This document shows, one piece after another, positions 39,453 to 49,514 of a stretch of DNA of 64,000 bases. A program made the translations under genes and the position numbers. The notes beneath the pieces were generated by a model. That model was not told the DNA's origin and did not search any database. It saw only the letters and a program-made list of their open reading frames with translations. The DNA is taken from NCBI GenBank assembly GCA_963675295.2, contig CAXXKJ010000002.1, positions 1,248,001-1,312,000 of the forward strand, written 5' to 3'. Every line of letters starts with the position of its first letter. The stretch's first letter is position 1. This DNA is from a bacterium. Lineage in GTDB: Bacteria > Electryoneota > Electryoneia > Electryoneales > Electryoneaceae.

Positions 39453-41972
39453 TTACTTCACCAGCATCAGCTTCCGTACTTCGTTGAGCCGTCCGGGCAC
39501 CGTCGCCTGCACGAAATAGATCCCGCTCGACAGGTCCGACCCGTCGAACGAAAACGAGTGCGATCCGGCGGCGACGGAAGATCCATCCGCAAGCGTCGCG
39601 ACCGTCCGGCCCTGGATATCGAACACGCGTACTGTCAGCGGCGCGGTTTCGGGAAGTGTCACGTTGACGGTCGTCGCCGGGTTGAACGGATTCGGGTACG
39701 GCTCGCTCAAGGCGAAATGGTTGGGCGAAGACGATGCAACAGTTTTTGATTCCAGATCGAAGTTGCCGGTCACCGTCCAGTCCGCCGGATTAAAAACAAA
39801 TCCCTGTCCGGTCGATGATGCACCCTGCTTGACAAAGACGAAGCTGCTTGCTATCTGCAGGTCTGGATTGTTCGGGTATCCGACATACCCCGTGAACGTG
39901 TACTCACCAGCAGGTGCTCCGGCGGGAACCGCCACAGTCATCCCTGTCGCGATTCGTTCGGCGTACGCCGGCAGGTCAAAGATCAATTGTCCCGGCAGAT
40001 CGTATGTCCCGCCATTGGGGAATTCAACGGTGCGCCAGAAGTGAAGATTTGTCAATGGGGTTGCGATGTTGGATTGCAGCAGGCCGTCAAACACCACCGT
40101 TCCGCCTTCCGCCGGGACCTGCGAGATTTGCGGGGTTAGCGTCAGCACGACGGGTGTCGGAGTCATGGTAACAGTCACATTGTCAATCGACCAGGCGTAA
40201 AACAACGTGCTGTAGCCGCTGCTTTCGAATCCAATCCGAAAACTGTTCGCATCGGCGACCAGGTCGGTAATATCAAATTCTTCGAGGCTGGATTTGCCAA
40301 CGTGGAATGTCTCAATGGTGATCCATGGATCGCCGTCCACTGATACCTGCAGCATGCCTTCATCACTGGTCGATCTGCGCATAGCGTGATCAAAGGAGAC
40401 GGCGACCCGTGAGCCCGGTTCGATTCCGATCGATGGCGTGACCGCGCGTCCAAAGAAATCGTATTCCTGCAACCAGGCCTCTTCGGGAACCGGGAATCCG
40501 GCCATCAGGTTGCCCGAACGCAGCATCGCATCAATCTGTGCGTGCCATGTTTGGTGCCACGATTGCGTCGCAACGAAATCCTCGATGACCCAGCTGGCAG
40601 GCATTCCGTCCTCAAAATCTTCCAGAAAGACAACATGATCCGGATTGAGGTACTGCACGCTGCGTGGATAGGAAGGCTTCGGCGAACCGGACACCGGTTC
40701 GCAACTAACCTCGTACTCGTAGGTCCCATACGCTGGGAGCGGATCGAAATACTCCGCTTCGGTAGTGGTGGTGAGCGGATCACCATTCCGATAGATCAGA
40801 GACTCAGCAGCGTTCAACGGATCCCAGGTGAGATGCGCCACCCCGCCCTCATTCAGATCAACCCGCAGGTCCTGTCCAGCTCTGTAATCCGGGTTTTCCC
40901 ACCAGATCAGGCTGTCGTACCACAGTCCGAAGGACATCGCACCTTGAAGCATGAAGTCCGTATCACCATCCGCATCAAAGTCGCCGAGGACGGGATAGTT
41001 GGACACATAGGCCGGGCCATCGATGTACAGGAACCGTTCGTTGTCCGGATGGTCGATCGGAAACCAGGCGACGACGTTGTTGGTCGTAAACAGAATGTCG
41101 GACGAGCCGTCGTCATTCACATCCAGCGTTGCCAGGTGCCACGGTGACCGGTCTGTTAACAGCAACTCGGCCGTGTAATCGGTGCCGTCGTGATACAGTT
41201 GACAGATGCCCGAGCCTTCTCCTGGAATCGTTGCGTAGAACACAACGCGTAAGGCACCATCCTGCGTGTACCCGGTAATACCACTTCGCGGCCCGATCAT
41301 TGAATACAGCATCTCTTCGACAAATGTCATGTCGCCCTGGTTTTCGAGAAGACGCAAATACGAAATATCTCCTTCAGATTTGAAGAAGATGTCCAGATCG
41401 CCATCAAGATCAGCATCACCGATGACCGGTTTTGTCTTGATTTCAGAGTCGGACAGCGTGAATCGTGTGAAGTTCAACCCCCCGTCATTTTCATAGAAGT
41501 TGAGGCCATCTTCTTCGCAGCTCAGAATATCCGGATCCCCGTCGTTGTCGAGGTCAACGACGACATGTTTCCACTTCAAGGGGTTGGCTGTCGCGATAAC
41601 CTGATCCAGGAACTGTTCGTCACCCTGGTTCAGGTACAGGACGAGATAGAGGTCATAGGTCGCGACGATGTCCATTTCCCCATCACCGTTCATGTCGGCA
41701 ATGGAAAAATCACCGGGGTCGCCGTAATCAGACGGGATCACGATATCGGTGAACGATCCACCTCCCTGGTTGCGATACCAGTTAAAATTCGTGGAGTTGT
41801 CCATCATCAGCAGCACATCATCCAGACCATCATTGTTCAGGTCGCCACTGGTGAAGCTGTTCGAAACAGACAGGCTGGCTACGCTGTGATGCGGCCAGGT
41901 GGCTTCCGTGAAAGCATGCACTGATGAGGCGGTGCAGAACAGGACAACGACGAAGAAAAGCAGGCGTTTCAT
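39453..41972 (-). CDS. Secreted FG-GAP multidomain protein, paralog of 34907-37435
   Basis: Same domain order; shared WWENP(D/E)YR and KPSYP; PYPNPFN...KLMLVK. Confidence 0.85.
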   Translation of the reverse strand: MKRLLFFVVVLFCTASSVHAFTEATWPHHSVASLSVSNSFTSGDLNNDGLDDVLLMMDNSTNFNWYRNQGGGSFTDIVIPSDYGDPGDFSIADMNGDGEMDIVATYDLYLVLYLNQGDEQFLDQVIATANPLKWKHVVVDLDNDGDPDILSCEEDGLNFYENDGGLNFTRFTLSDSEIKTKPVIGDADLDGDLDIFFKSEGDISYLRLLENQGDMTFVEEMLYSMIGPRSGITGYTQDGALRVVFYATIPGEGSGICQLYHDGTDYTAELLLTDRSPWHLATLDVNDDGSSDILFTTNNVVAWFPIDHPDNERFLYIDGPAYVSNYPVLGDFDADGDTDFMLQGAMSFGLWYDSLIWWENPDYRAGQDLRVDLNEGGVAHLTWDPLNAAESLIYRNGDPLTTTTEAEYFDPLPAYGTYEYEVSCEPVSGSPKPSYPRSVQYLNPDHVVFLEDFEDGMPASWVIEDFVATQSWHQTWHAQIDAMLRSGNLMAGFPVPEEAWLQEYDFFGRAVTPSIGIEPGSRVAVSFDHAMRRSTSDEGMLQVSVDGDPWITIETFHVGKSSLEEFDITDLVADANSFRIGFESSGYSTLFYAWSIDNVTVTMTPTPVVLTLTPQISQVPAEGGTVVFDGLLQSNIATPLTNLHFWRTVEFPNGGTYDLPGQLIFDLPAYAERIATGMTVAVPAGAPAGEYTFTGYVGYPNNPDLQIASSFVFVKQGASSTGQGFVFNPADWTVTGNFDLESKTVASSSPNHFALSEPYPNPFNPATTVNVTLPETAPLTVRVFDIQGRTVATLADGSSVAAGSHSFSFDGSDLSSGIYFVQATVPGRLNEVRKLMLVK

Positions 41973-42197
41973 AACTCCCCCGAGTGATGATCAAAATAGA
42001 TCGATAATCGTTCAGTTTTGCATACAACATCATCATCTAACATAATCGCTGTAGGGCGGCACCGCAATTTCACGAGTCTCATTCGCCAACAAAACCACCC
42101 GGTCTCCAGAACCCGTCTTGACCTTGTGAAATCGGGCTCGTATTCTTGCTCTTCACGACGAATACGACCACATCCAGTTTGGGGAGAACATCGGATC

Positions 42198-43571
42198 ATG
42201 GCCACGATTTCCCAGCAGATCGCCGAGTGGGCGGCGAATACGACGTACGACGACCTCAGCGACGGCGCTGTCGCGATGGCGAAGACCATCCTCTACGATT
42301 CCATCGGCTGCGCGTTGGGCGGCTCGAAGACGCATGACGTCGGCATCATGCACGGCTACCTCGCGAACAAGGGTGGCAAGTCAGAGGCGACGATTATCGG
42401 CTCCGGCATCAAGCTGCCGGCGGTGGAAGCGGCGCTGCTGAACGCCTTGATGGTACGCGCGCTCGACTACAATGACATCTACTGGAAGCAGGACCCGAGC
42501 CACCCCAGCGACATCATCCCCGGCCCGTTGGCATTGGGTGAACGGTTGGGCAAATCCGGCAAGGAGCTGCTGCTCGCGATCGCCATCGGCCACGAAGTCG
42601 AGATGCGGCTCTGCGAAGCCGGCTTCCCGGGCATCCGTGAGCGCAAATGGCATCATGCGACGTTGACCGCGTTTGCGTCCCCGTACGCCTGCGGCCGGAT
42701 GATGGGCCTCAGCGCCGACCAGATCGCGCATGCGGTCGGGATCAGCGGCAGCCGTCACGCCACCTTCGGCGCGATCACCGCCGGCCACCTCACCATGATG
42801 AAGAACACCGCCGATCCGATGGCGACGCAGTCCGGCGCGATGGCGGCGGAACTGGCGGAATTGGGCTACGAAGGCCCGGCGCATGTGATCGACGGCAAGG
42901 AAGGATTGTTTGACGCGTACGGCCCCGAGTGGAAGGGCGAGATCCTGACCGATGGCTTGGGCGAAACTTGGCGCATCGAACAGTGCGGTCTGAAATCGTT
43001 CCCGACGGAAGCGTTGACGCACGCGCCGTTGACCGCGGTCATCGAGCTGATCACCGAACACGACCTGCAGCCGGATCAGATTGAAGGCATTCACCTCAAG
43101 ACCATCGCCCGCGCGGCGGACATTCTGTCTGACCCGAGCAAGTACAACCCGCAGACCCGTGAGTCGGCCGACCACAGCCTGCCGTACTGCATCGCGGTGG
43201 CGGTCGTTGACCGCAAGATCACCCCGGCCAGCTTCGACGAATCGAAGATTTTCGATCCGACCGTGCGTGCCCAGCTGAAGAAGCTGACTGTGTCCGGCGA
43301 ACCGTCCTATGAAGCCCTGTTCCCGGCGAAGCAGCCGAACGAGATCACCATCACCACGACCGACGGTGCCGCACACGTCAAGTACGTCGAGTACCCGATG
43401 GGTCACCCGGAACACCCGATCAGCGAAGCGGCGTTGGACGCCAAGTTCGGTTCGTTGGCGGAAGGCGTGTTGACCGCGGATCGCCAGGCGCAGGTGAAGA
43501 CGATGGTGAACGGACTCGATAACGTCGGCAACCTGTCCGAGCTGATGGCGCTGCTGGTCAAGGACGCGTAA
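42198..43571 (+). CDS. prpD: MmgE/PrpD family protein (2-methylcitrate dehydratase-like)
   Basis: RALDYND, SHPSD, RESADHSLPY, YPMGHP. Confidence 0.85.
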   Translation: MATISQQIAEWAANTTYDDLSDGAVAMAKTILYDSIGCALGGSKTHDVGIMHGYLANKGGKSEATIIGSGIKLPAVEAALLNALMVRALDYNDIYWKQDPSHPSDIIPGPLALGERLGKSGKELLLAIAIGHEVEMRLCEAGFPGIRERKWHHATLTAFASPYACGRMMGLSADQIAHAVGISGSRHATFGAITAGHLTMMKNTADPMATQSGAMAAELAELGYEGPAHVIDGKEGLFDAYGPEWKGEILTDGLGETWRIEQCGLKSFPTEALTHAPLTAVIELITEHDLQPDQIEGIHLKTIARAADILSDPSKYNPQTRESADHSLPYCIAVAVVDRKITPASFDESKIFDPTVRAQLKKLTVSGEPSYEALFPAKQPNEITITTTDGAAHVKYVEYPMGHPEHPISEAALDAKFGSLAEGVLTADRQAQVKTMVNGLDNVGNLSELMALLVKDA

Positions 43572-43574
43572 GGA

Positions 43575-43950
43575 CGGCTGCGGGCTGCGGTCGGCGGACT
43601 GCGGTTAAAGGGCTGTAGACGAATGGTTTTAAGTGGCCGTGTTTGCTTGCAAACGCGGCTACTCCGTCCGTGCCCGGGTAAACTTACCACGGACTTAAGT
43701 CCGTGGTAAGAAGGAAGTCTTCCTTAACGCAGTGAAGGATCTCGTCGTTATCTACCGCGAGGTTCAGAATCGAACTTCAATATCTTGCCCGTGTTGGCTC
43801 TGCCAACGCGGGTTTGTTATCTGGAGCGGACCGGGAGATTCCGGCTGGGATCGTGGGTCCGCTGGTGCTACTTTCCGTGTTCGACCAACCTGCTTTTTGT
43901 GTTGGTGATTAGCTCATTGCTCACAGCTCACAACTCAGAACTGAAGTCAC
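43575..43950. repeat. Mosaic intergenic repeat element
   Basis: Heptamers, REP variants (43633, 43785), perfect 28-bp palindrome CTTACCACGGACTTAAGTCCGTGGTAAG (43683-43710), GCAGTGAAGGATCTC module. Confidence 0.8.
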
Positions 43951-43954
43951 ACCC

Positions 43955-44752
43955 ATGCGCATTTTGATCACCAACGATGACGGGTATCAGTCGCCCGGCA
44001 TCCGCGCGTTGTACGACGCGCTCAACGAGCTTCCGGAGACGGAAGTGATTGTCGCGGCGCCGGACCGGGAACGGTCGGCGGTTTCACTCGGCATCACGTT
44101 GCAAGACCCGCTTCGTGCCTGGTCGCTGGAGCATACCGGGATGAACGGGTGGAGCATCAACGGCACCCCCGCCGACTGTGTCAAGCTGGCGGTGAGCGAA
44201 CTGTTGAAGGACAACCCGCCGGATGTGGTCTTCAGCGGGATCAACCGTGGAAGCAACGTCGGCCTCAACGCCAATTACAGCGGCACGGTCGCCGGTGCGG
44301 TCGAAGGCGCGATGAATGGGCTGCCGTCCATTGCGGTGTCGCTGGCGTCGTACACGTTCGAGGATTTTTCCGGTGCGACGAAAGCGGCGAAGTTCGTGCT
44401 CGAACGCATTGCCGGGTATCAGCCGGACGGCTACGAGGTGCTGAATGTGAATGTGCCGCCGGTGACCGCGGACGACTTGAAGGGTGTGCGGGTGACGCCG
44501 GTATCGCATGTCGTGTACCGCGAGGTGGTGTCCAGCCGGCTGGACGCGCACGAGCGTCCCTACTACTGGCTCGGCGGCGAATGGTCGAACATCCGTGAGA
44601 TCGAGGATGGCGACGACGCTGCGACCAGAGCGGGCTACGTCGCGGTGACACCGTTAAAGATTGACTGGACCAGCCTCGCCAGCGTTGAGCGGATGCGGGC
44701 GGACGGCTGGCAACAGGATTGGATGCGCAACAAGGAAAATGGCCGTGGCTGA
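43955..44752 (+). CDS. surE: 5'/3'-nucleotidase SurE
   Basis: ILITNDDG, GTPADCV, SGINRGSN, YSGTVAGA. Confidence 0.96.
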   Translation: MRILITNDDGYQSPGIRALYDALNELPETEVIVAAPDRERSAVSLGITLQDPLRAWSLEHTGMNGWSINGTPADCVKLAVSELLKDNPPDVVFSGINRGSNVGLNANYSGTVAGAVEGAMNGLPSIAVSLASYTFEDFSGATKAAKFVLERIAGYQPDGYEVLNVNVPPVTADDLKGVRVTPVSHVVYREVVSSRLDAHERPYYWLGGEWSNIREIEDGDDAATRAGYVAVTPLKIDWTSLASVERMRADGWQQDWMRNKENGRG

Positions 44753-46289
44753 GTACGATCACGTTCTCGTCATCGACTTCGGGTCGCAGTACACGCAACT
44801 GATCGCGCGCCGCATTCGTGAGCGCGGAGTGTACGCCGAAATCCTGCCGTGCACGGCGAAACTGGACGACATCAAGGCGCACAACCCCGTCGCGTTGATT
44901 CTCTCCGGCGGACCGGCCAGTGTCTATGACGACGACGCGCCGAAGGCCGACCCGGCACTGCTCGAGCTGGGCGTGCCGATCCTCGGTATCTGTTACGGGC
45001 AGCAGTGGCTGGCGTTGGAGATGGGCGGCGAGGTGAAGGGCGCGCACGCGGCGGAGTATGGCCGACGCGTGGTCAATGTGCTCGACCAGCACGGCCCGTT
45101 GTTCGAGAATGTCCCCACCGAGACGACGACCTGGATGAGCCACGGTGACCAGATCGAGCGTCTGCCCGACGGCTTCACCCTGATCGGCAAATCGAACACC
45201 TGCCCGGTTGCGGCGATGGCGGACGAAAAACGCAAGATCTACGGCCTGCAGTTCCATCCGGAAGTGCGGCACTCGGTGGACGGTTCGACGATCCTCGAGA
45301 ATTTCCTCTTCAAGATCGTCGGCGCACAGACCGGCTGGTCGATGGCGGCGTTCGAGGAAGAGGAAATCCGCAAGATCCGGGAACAGGTTGGTGACGGATT
45401 CGTCGTCGGCGGTGTCAGCGGTGGGGTCGACAGCACAGTGATGGCGGCGCTGCTGCACCGTGCGATCGGCGAGAAATTCCTCGGCGTGTTTGTTGACAAC
45501 GGCCTGTTGCGCAAGGACGAGGTCGCGCAGGTGTACGATATCCTGCACACGCAGCTGGGGGTCAACCTGCTCGTGGTCGATGCCTCGGATCGCTTTTTGT
45601 CTGCTCTTTCCGGCGTGACCGACCCGGAGAAAAAGCGCAAGATTATCGGACACACGTTCATCGACGTTTTCGACGAGGAAGCAACACGGCATTCCGAGGC
45701 GCAGTGGCTGGCGCAGGGGACGCTGTATCCGGACGTGATCGAGTCTGTCAGCTTCAAGGGTCCATCGGTCACGATCAAGTCGCATCACAACGTCGGCGGC
45801 CTGCCGGAAACGATGAAGCTGAAGCTGATCGAACCGTTGCGCGAGCTGTTCAAGGACGAGGTCCGTGAGCTCGGCACACGGCTCGGCATTCCGGCGCACA
45901 TTGTCAACCGGCACCCGTTCCCGGGCCCGGGGCTGGCAGTGCGGATTCTTGGCGAGGTGACCTCCGAGCGGCTCAAGGTGCTGCGTGAGGCGGACGCCAT
46001 CTTCATCGAGGAGTTGCGGAACTCCGGCTGGTATGACAAGGTGAGCCAGGCGTTGGCGGTGCTGTTGCCGGTGAAATCGGTGGGTGTGATGGGGGACGCG
46101 CGCACGTATGCCGACGTTATCGCGCTACGTAGCGTCAACACGTGGGACTTCATGACGGCGGATTTCAGTCCGTTGCCGCACGATCTACTCGGCACGGTTT
46201 CCACCCGCATCATTAACGAGGTGCGCGGAGTGAACCGTGTGGTGTATGACGTCAGCAGCAAACCGCCGGCGACGGTGGAGTGGGAGTAA
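44739..46289 (+). CDS. guaA: GMP synthase (glutamine-hydrolysing)
   Basis: DFGSQYTQLIARR, GICYG, SGGVDS, IKSHHNVGG, KPPATVEWE; start ATG 44739 or GTG 44745. Confidence 0.97.
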   Translation: MAVAEYDHVLVIDFGSQYTQLIARRIRERGVYAEILPCTAKLDDIKAHNPVALILSGGPASVYDDDAPKADPALLELGVPILGICYGQQWLALEMGGEVKGAHAAEYGRRVVNVLDQHGPLFENVPTETTTWMSHGDQIERLPDGFTLIGKSNTCPVAAMADEKRKIYGLQFHPEVRHSVDGSTILENFLFKIVGAQTGWSMAAFEEEEIRKIREQVGDGFVVGGVSGGVDSTVMAALLHRAIGEKFLGVFVDNGLLRKDEVAQVYDILHTQLGVNLLVVDASDRFLSALSGVTDPEKKRKIIGHTFIDVFDEEATRHSEAQWLAQGTLYPDVIESVSFKGPSVTIKSHHNVGGLPETMKLKLIEPLRELFKDEVRELGTRLGIPAHIVNRHPFPGPGLAVRILGEVTSERLKVLREADAIFIEELRNSGWYDKVSQALAVLLPVKSVGVMGDARTYADVIALRSVNTWDFMTADFSPLPHDLLGTVSTRIINEVRGVNRVVYDVSSKPPATVEWE

Positions 46290-46317
46290 CGGTCGAGTGG
46301 GAGTAGGGGGTAGAGGG

Positions 46318-48474
46318 GTGACTTTGCGGAACCGGTATACCAGTCGTACCAACAGTCTTGCCCGTGTTGGCTTCGCCAATGCGGATGGGCGTCGCCAGTG
46401 TACAGGTCTTGCCCGTGTTGGCTTTGTCAACGCGGCCTTGCTGGCGATTCTTTTCGTCGTGATGGTGGTTTCGTCTGGCTTCGCGCAGGACCTGCCGCGC
46501 GACCTGTCGTTGGCGACGACCATGTTGGAACAGGGCAACGCGAAGGGCGCGCTGAGCGCGACGGAAAACTATCTCGTGCTCAACTCGGGCAGCGAATACG
46601 CCCTCGCGGCGCGTTTGCTCGCAGGCCGTGCCGAGCTGGCGTTGAACCGTGCCGGGGACGCGTTGCAGCGTGGCTACAGCGTGCTCGACGCGGCAGATGC
46701 CGACTCACCCTACCGCGCGGACGCCCACTACCTGATCGCGACCGTGCACCAGGCGCGTGGTGATTATGCTGAGGCGGCGAAGGAACTGGTCGCGGTACTC
46801 GACAGCAATCCGGCGCGAAATGTCGAAGAGGACGCTCTCGCGCACCTGGACGAGCTGCTGGACGGTCCCGCCGCCTACCGTGCCAACGAGCTGATGCTGC
46901 TCGCGCGTTCCGAGGGCACACGCCGGGCATTGCGTCACCTGCTGCCGGTATCTGCCGAGACGCCGACCATTGGTGTGCTGATCCCGGACGAAGACAGTAA
47001 TTGGGAACAGGCGGACGATTTCCTCGCCGGAATTCAGGCGGCGTTGGACCTGTGGGAGATGGACGGCGGCGACCCGGTAACGTTGGAGATCAAGCATGTC
47101 GCCAACGAGCCCGCGCGTGCGGTGATGGCAGCCCGTGAGTTGGTGCGCGAGTACGGTGTCTGGGCGTTGATCGCGGCGGGTCCGGAAAACCTGATTGTCC
47201 CCGCAGCGGTCGAAGCGCAGGCGGCGGGTGTGCCGGTGATGTTGCCCGGCGAAGGCCGTACCGCGCTGGAGGGGATTGGTCCGAGCATCGTCCGCACCAT
47301 TGCGGACTGGCGGCTGGAAGGCGAACTGGCCGCGACGTACGCCGCCGATGTGCTCGGTCTCAAGACGTTCGGAATTGTCGCGCCGTTCACCGACCGGGGA
47401 CGGGAAACTGTCGCCGGATTCCTCAGCGTGCTGGAAGAACGCGAAGACGTTGAGGTGCTCGACCAGGAATGGTACCGTCCGGAGGAAGGCGTCAGCCTCG
47501 CGGTACAGTTCAAGAATCTGCGCACCATCGGATTCCGTCGTGTCTTCCTCGAGGAATTGATCGAGGAGAAGATTGCGTTCATGGATTCGGTCGCCAACTC
47601 GCTGGACAGTTTGGGGTTGGTGGAGGTGGACGCGCGAGTGGATTCGTTGCGCTGGACCGTGGTCGACACCCTCAACGACAAGATCGTGCTCAAGTCACAG
47701 TCGATTGACAGCCTGACCATCCCGGACGAGGATTTCGAACAGGCGTGGCAGCAGCATCTGATCGAGGGCCGGCAGACCATCGAATTCAAGACCGGCCAGG
47801 TCGATTCCAACGCCATCGCACTGGACGTGTACGACGGCCTGTATCTCCCGATCGAACCGGGCACGTTGCCGTTTTTCGCGCCACAGTTCGCGTTCTACGA
47901 ATTCAACACCTTCCGTTTCGGCAATAGCGCGTGGCATGATCCCGCCGAATTACTGCGGCACAAACAATATGTGCAGCGGGTGATTTTCACGACATCCATG
48001 TTCCTGCGGGCGGAAAACAAGGCGATGCTCGACCTCTACGGACAGCTCAGCGATTCGCTCAACTCGGCGGTCAGCCAGTGGAACGTGCATGGCTACGACG
48101 CCACGCGGCTGATCCTCTGCGCAATGACCGAGGGTGGACTGGACAAACCGGACGCCGACCTCGATATCGTGCGTAAAGGGCCGCTGTCGCTGGCGATGGG
48201 GCTGCGCGGGATGACACGGGCCGAACTGGCCAGCGGTTCGCAGGTGTTTGACGACGAAACCCCGGTCGCGCGCGGCCTGTGGCTGATGGATATCCTTGGT
48301 GGTGTCGCGTCACCGTTGGTGCGCGGATTGATCACGCCGGACAGCTTGGCGAATGTGACGCCGCCGGACTGGGCGATACCACTGCTGCCGGCGACGCTCG
48401 ACTCGCTCGCACGCCAGGCCGAACTCGAAGCGGATTCCTTGAACACCATTTCCCAACCGGGAGCGTCTGAATGA
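46318..48474 (+). CDS. TPR + type-1 periplasmic binding protein domain protein (LpoA/LppC-like architecture)
   Basis: Hydrophobic signal ending GFA, TPR-like helices, TIGVLIP...GYDA; GTG start inferred from a purine-rich RBS. Confidence 0.7.
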   Translation: MTLRNRYTSRTNSLARVGFANADGRRQCTGLARVGFVNAALLAILFVVMVVSSGFAQDLPRDLSLATTMLEQGNAKGALSATENYLVLNSGSEYALAARLLAGRAELALNRAGDALQRGYSVLDAADADSPYRADAHYLIATVHQARGDYAEAAKELVAVLDSNPARNVEEDALAHLDELLDGPAAYRANELMLLARSEGTRRALRHLLPVSAETPTIGVLIPDEDSNWEQADDFLAGIQAALDLWEMDGGDPVTLEIKHVANEPARAVMAARELVREYGVWALIAAGPENLIVPAAVEAQAAGVPVMLPGEGRTALEGIGPSIVRTIADWRLEGELAATYAADVLGLKTFGIVAPFTDRGRETVAGFLSVLEEREDVEVLDQEWYRPEEGVSLAVQFKNLRTIGFRRVFLEELIEEKIAFMDSVANSLDSLGLVEVDARVDSLRWTVVDTLNDKIVLKSQSIDSLTIPDEDFEQAWQQHLIEGRQTIEFKTGQVDSNAIALDVYDGLYLPIEPGTLPFFAPQFAFYEFNTFRFGNSAWHDPAELLRHKQYVQRVIFTTSMFLRAENKAMLDLYGQLSDSLNSAVSQWNVHGYDATRLILCAMTEGGLDKPDADLDIVRKGPLSLAMGLRGMTRAELASGSQVFDDETPVARGLWLMDILGGVASPLVRGLITPDSLANVTPPDWAIPLLPATLDSLARQAELEADSLNTISQPGASE

Positions 48475-49250
48475 CACTCTGGCAGGCGTTACTGCTCGGT
48501 CTCGTCCAGGGCTTGACCGAATTTCTACCCATCAGTTCGTCCGGACACCTCGTGCTGGTCAACCACCTGCTCGGGATTGCGGACGATTCCATCGTTTTCG
48601 AAATCGCGGTCCATCTCGGCACACTGGTCGCGGTGCTGATCTATTTCCGCCGCGATCTGGCTGAGATTATCGGCGGGTTCTTCCGCGGTGGACGGGGGAT
48701 GCGTGTTGGCTGGATGCTGATCATCGCAATGGTGCCGACGGCGATCATCGGCTTCGGCTTCAAGGATTTCTTCGAAAGCATGTTCACCGCACCGAGGTAT
48801 GCGTCCGCCGGCCTGCTGTTCACCTCTCTGATCCTGTTCCTCTCGGAACGGGTCCGTCAGGGCACCCGCGGCTTAACAGGCATTCGTGTCATCGACGCAT
48901 TGCTTATCGGCACCTTGCAGGGGCTGGCGATCATGCCGGGTGTCAGCCGTAGCGGCTCAACCATCGCCGCCGGTCTGTTTGCCGGGCTCGACCGGGATAC
49001 CGCCGCCCGCTTCTCCTTCCTGCTGGCGATTCCGGCAATTCTGGGTGCGGCCGTACTGCACGCCAAGGACTTTGTCACCTTGCCGATTGACATGATGGTT
49101 CCGTCCGTGGCCGGCTTCCTCGTCGCGATGTTCAGCGGCTACATCGCCATCGAAGTGCTGATGCGGATCATCCGACGCCGCAAGCTGTATGTCTTCGTGA
49201 TTTACACCGCGATTGTCGGGATTATTGGACTGATTTTCCTGCCCGCCTGA
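48471..49250 (+). CDS. uppP: Undecaprenyl-diphosphate phosphatase
   Basis: QGLTEFLPISSSGHL, PGVSRSGSTI, AARFSFLL. Confidence 0.96.
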   Translation: MTLWQALLLGLVQGLTEFLPISSSGHLVLVNHLLGIADDSIVFEIAVHLGTLVAVLIYFRRDLAEIIGGFFRGGRGMRVGWMLIIAMVPTAIIGFGFKDFFESMFTAPRYASAGLLFTSLILFLSERVRQGTRGLTGIRVIDALLIGTLQGLAIMPGVSRSGSTIAAGLFAGLDRDTAARFSFLLAIPAILGAAVLHAKDFVTLPIDMMVPSVAGFLVAMFSGYIAIEVLMRIIRRRKLYVFVIYTAIVGIIGLIFLPA

Positions 49251-49444
49251 GTTTCGATTCTTCAAGCCATCGGTGAACGTTTAGAGTTTTTGGAGGTTTC
49301 CTGCGGGAAACCTCTGCTTGTTTTATGATAATTATATTAATTCTAAGAGTACACAATCACCTTATTGCCTGTGTTTCGCTAGCAATGTGCTAAGGTTTTT
49401 TGTCGATTTCTCGCCTCGATTGCTCTCTTTCGTCTCTTTCGTAT

Positions 49445-49472
49445 TAATCAAAACTTTTTCTCAAGCCGATAA
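49445..49472 (+). promoter_or_regulatory. Sigma28 (FliA)-like promoter
   Basis: Consensus -10 GCCGATAA at 49465-49472; only an imperfect -35 (TAAT/TCAA). Confidence 0.5.
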
Positions 49473-49514
49473 GGAAGAAGAGACATAGCCTCGTTCAAAA
49501 TAGAGGAGAACAGT

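Noticed and set aside
34907-39700. Near-identical 3' tails as DGR template/variable repeats
   Set aside because: No reverse transcriptase in the window, differences are not adenine-specific, and all copies are coding
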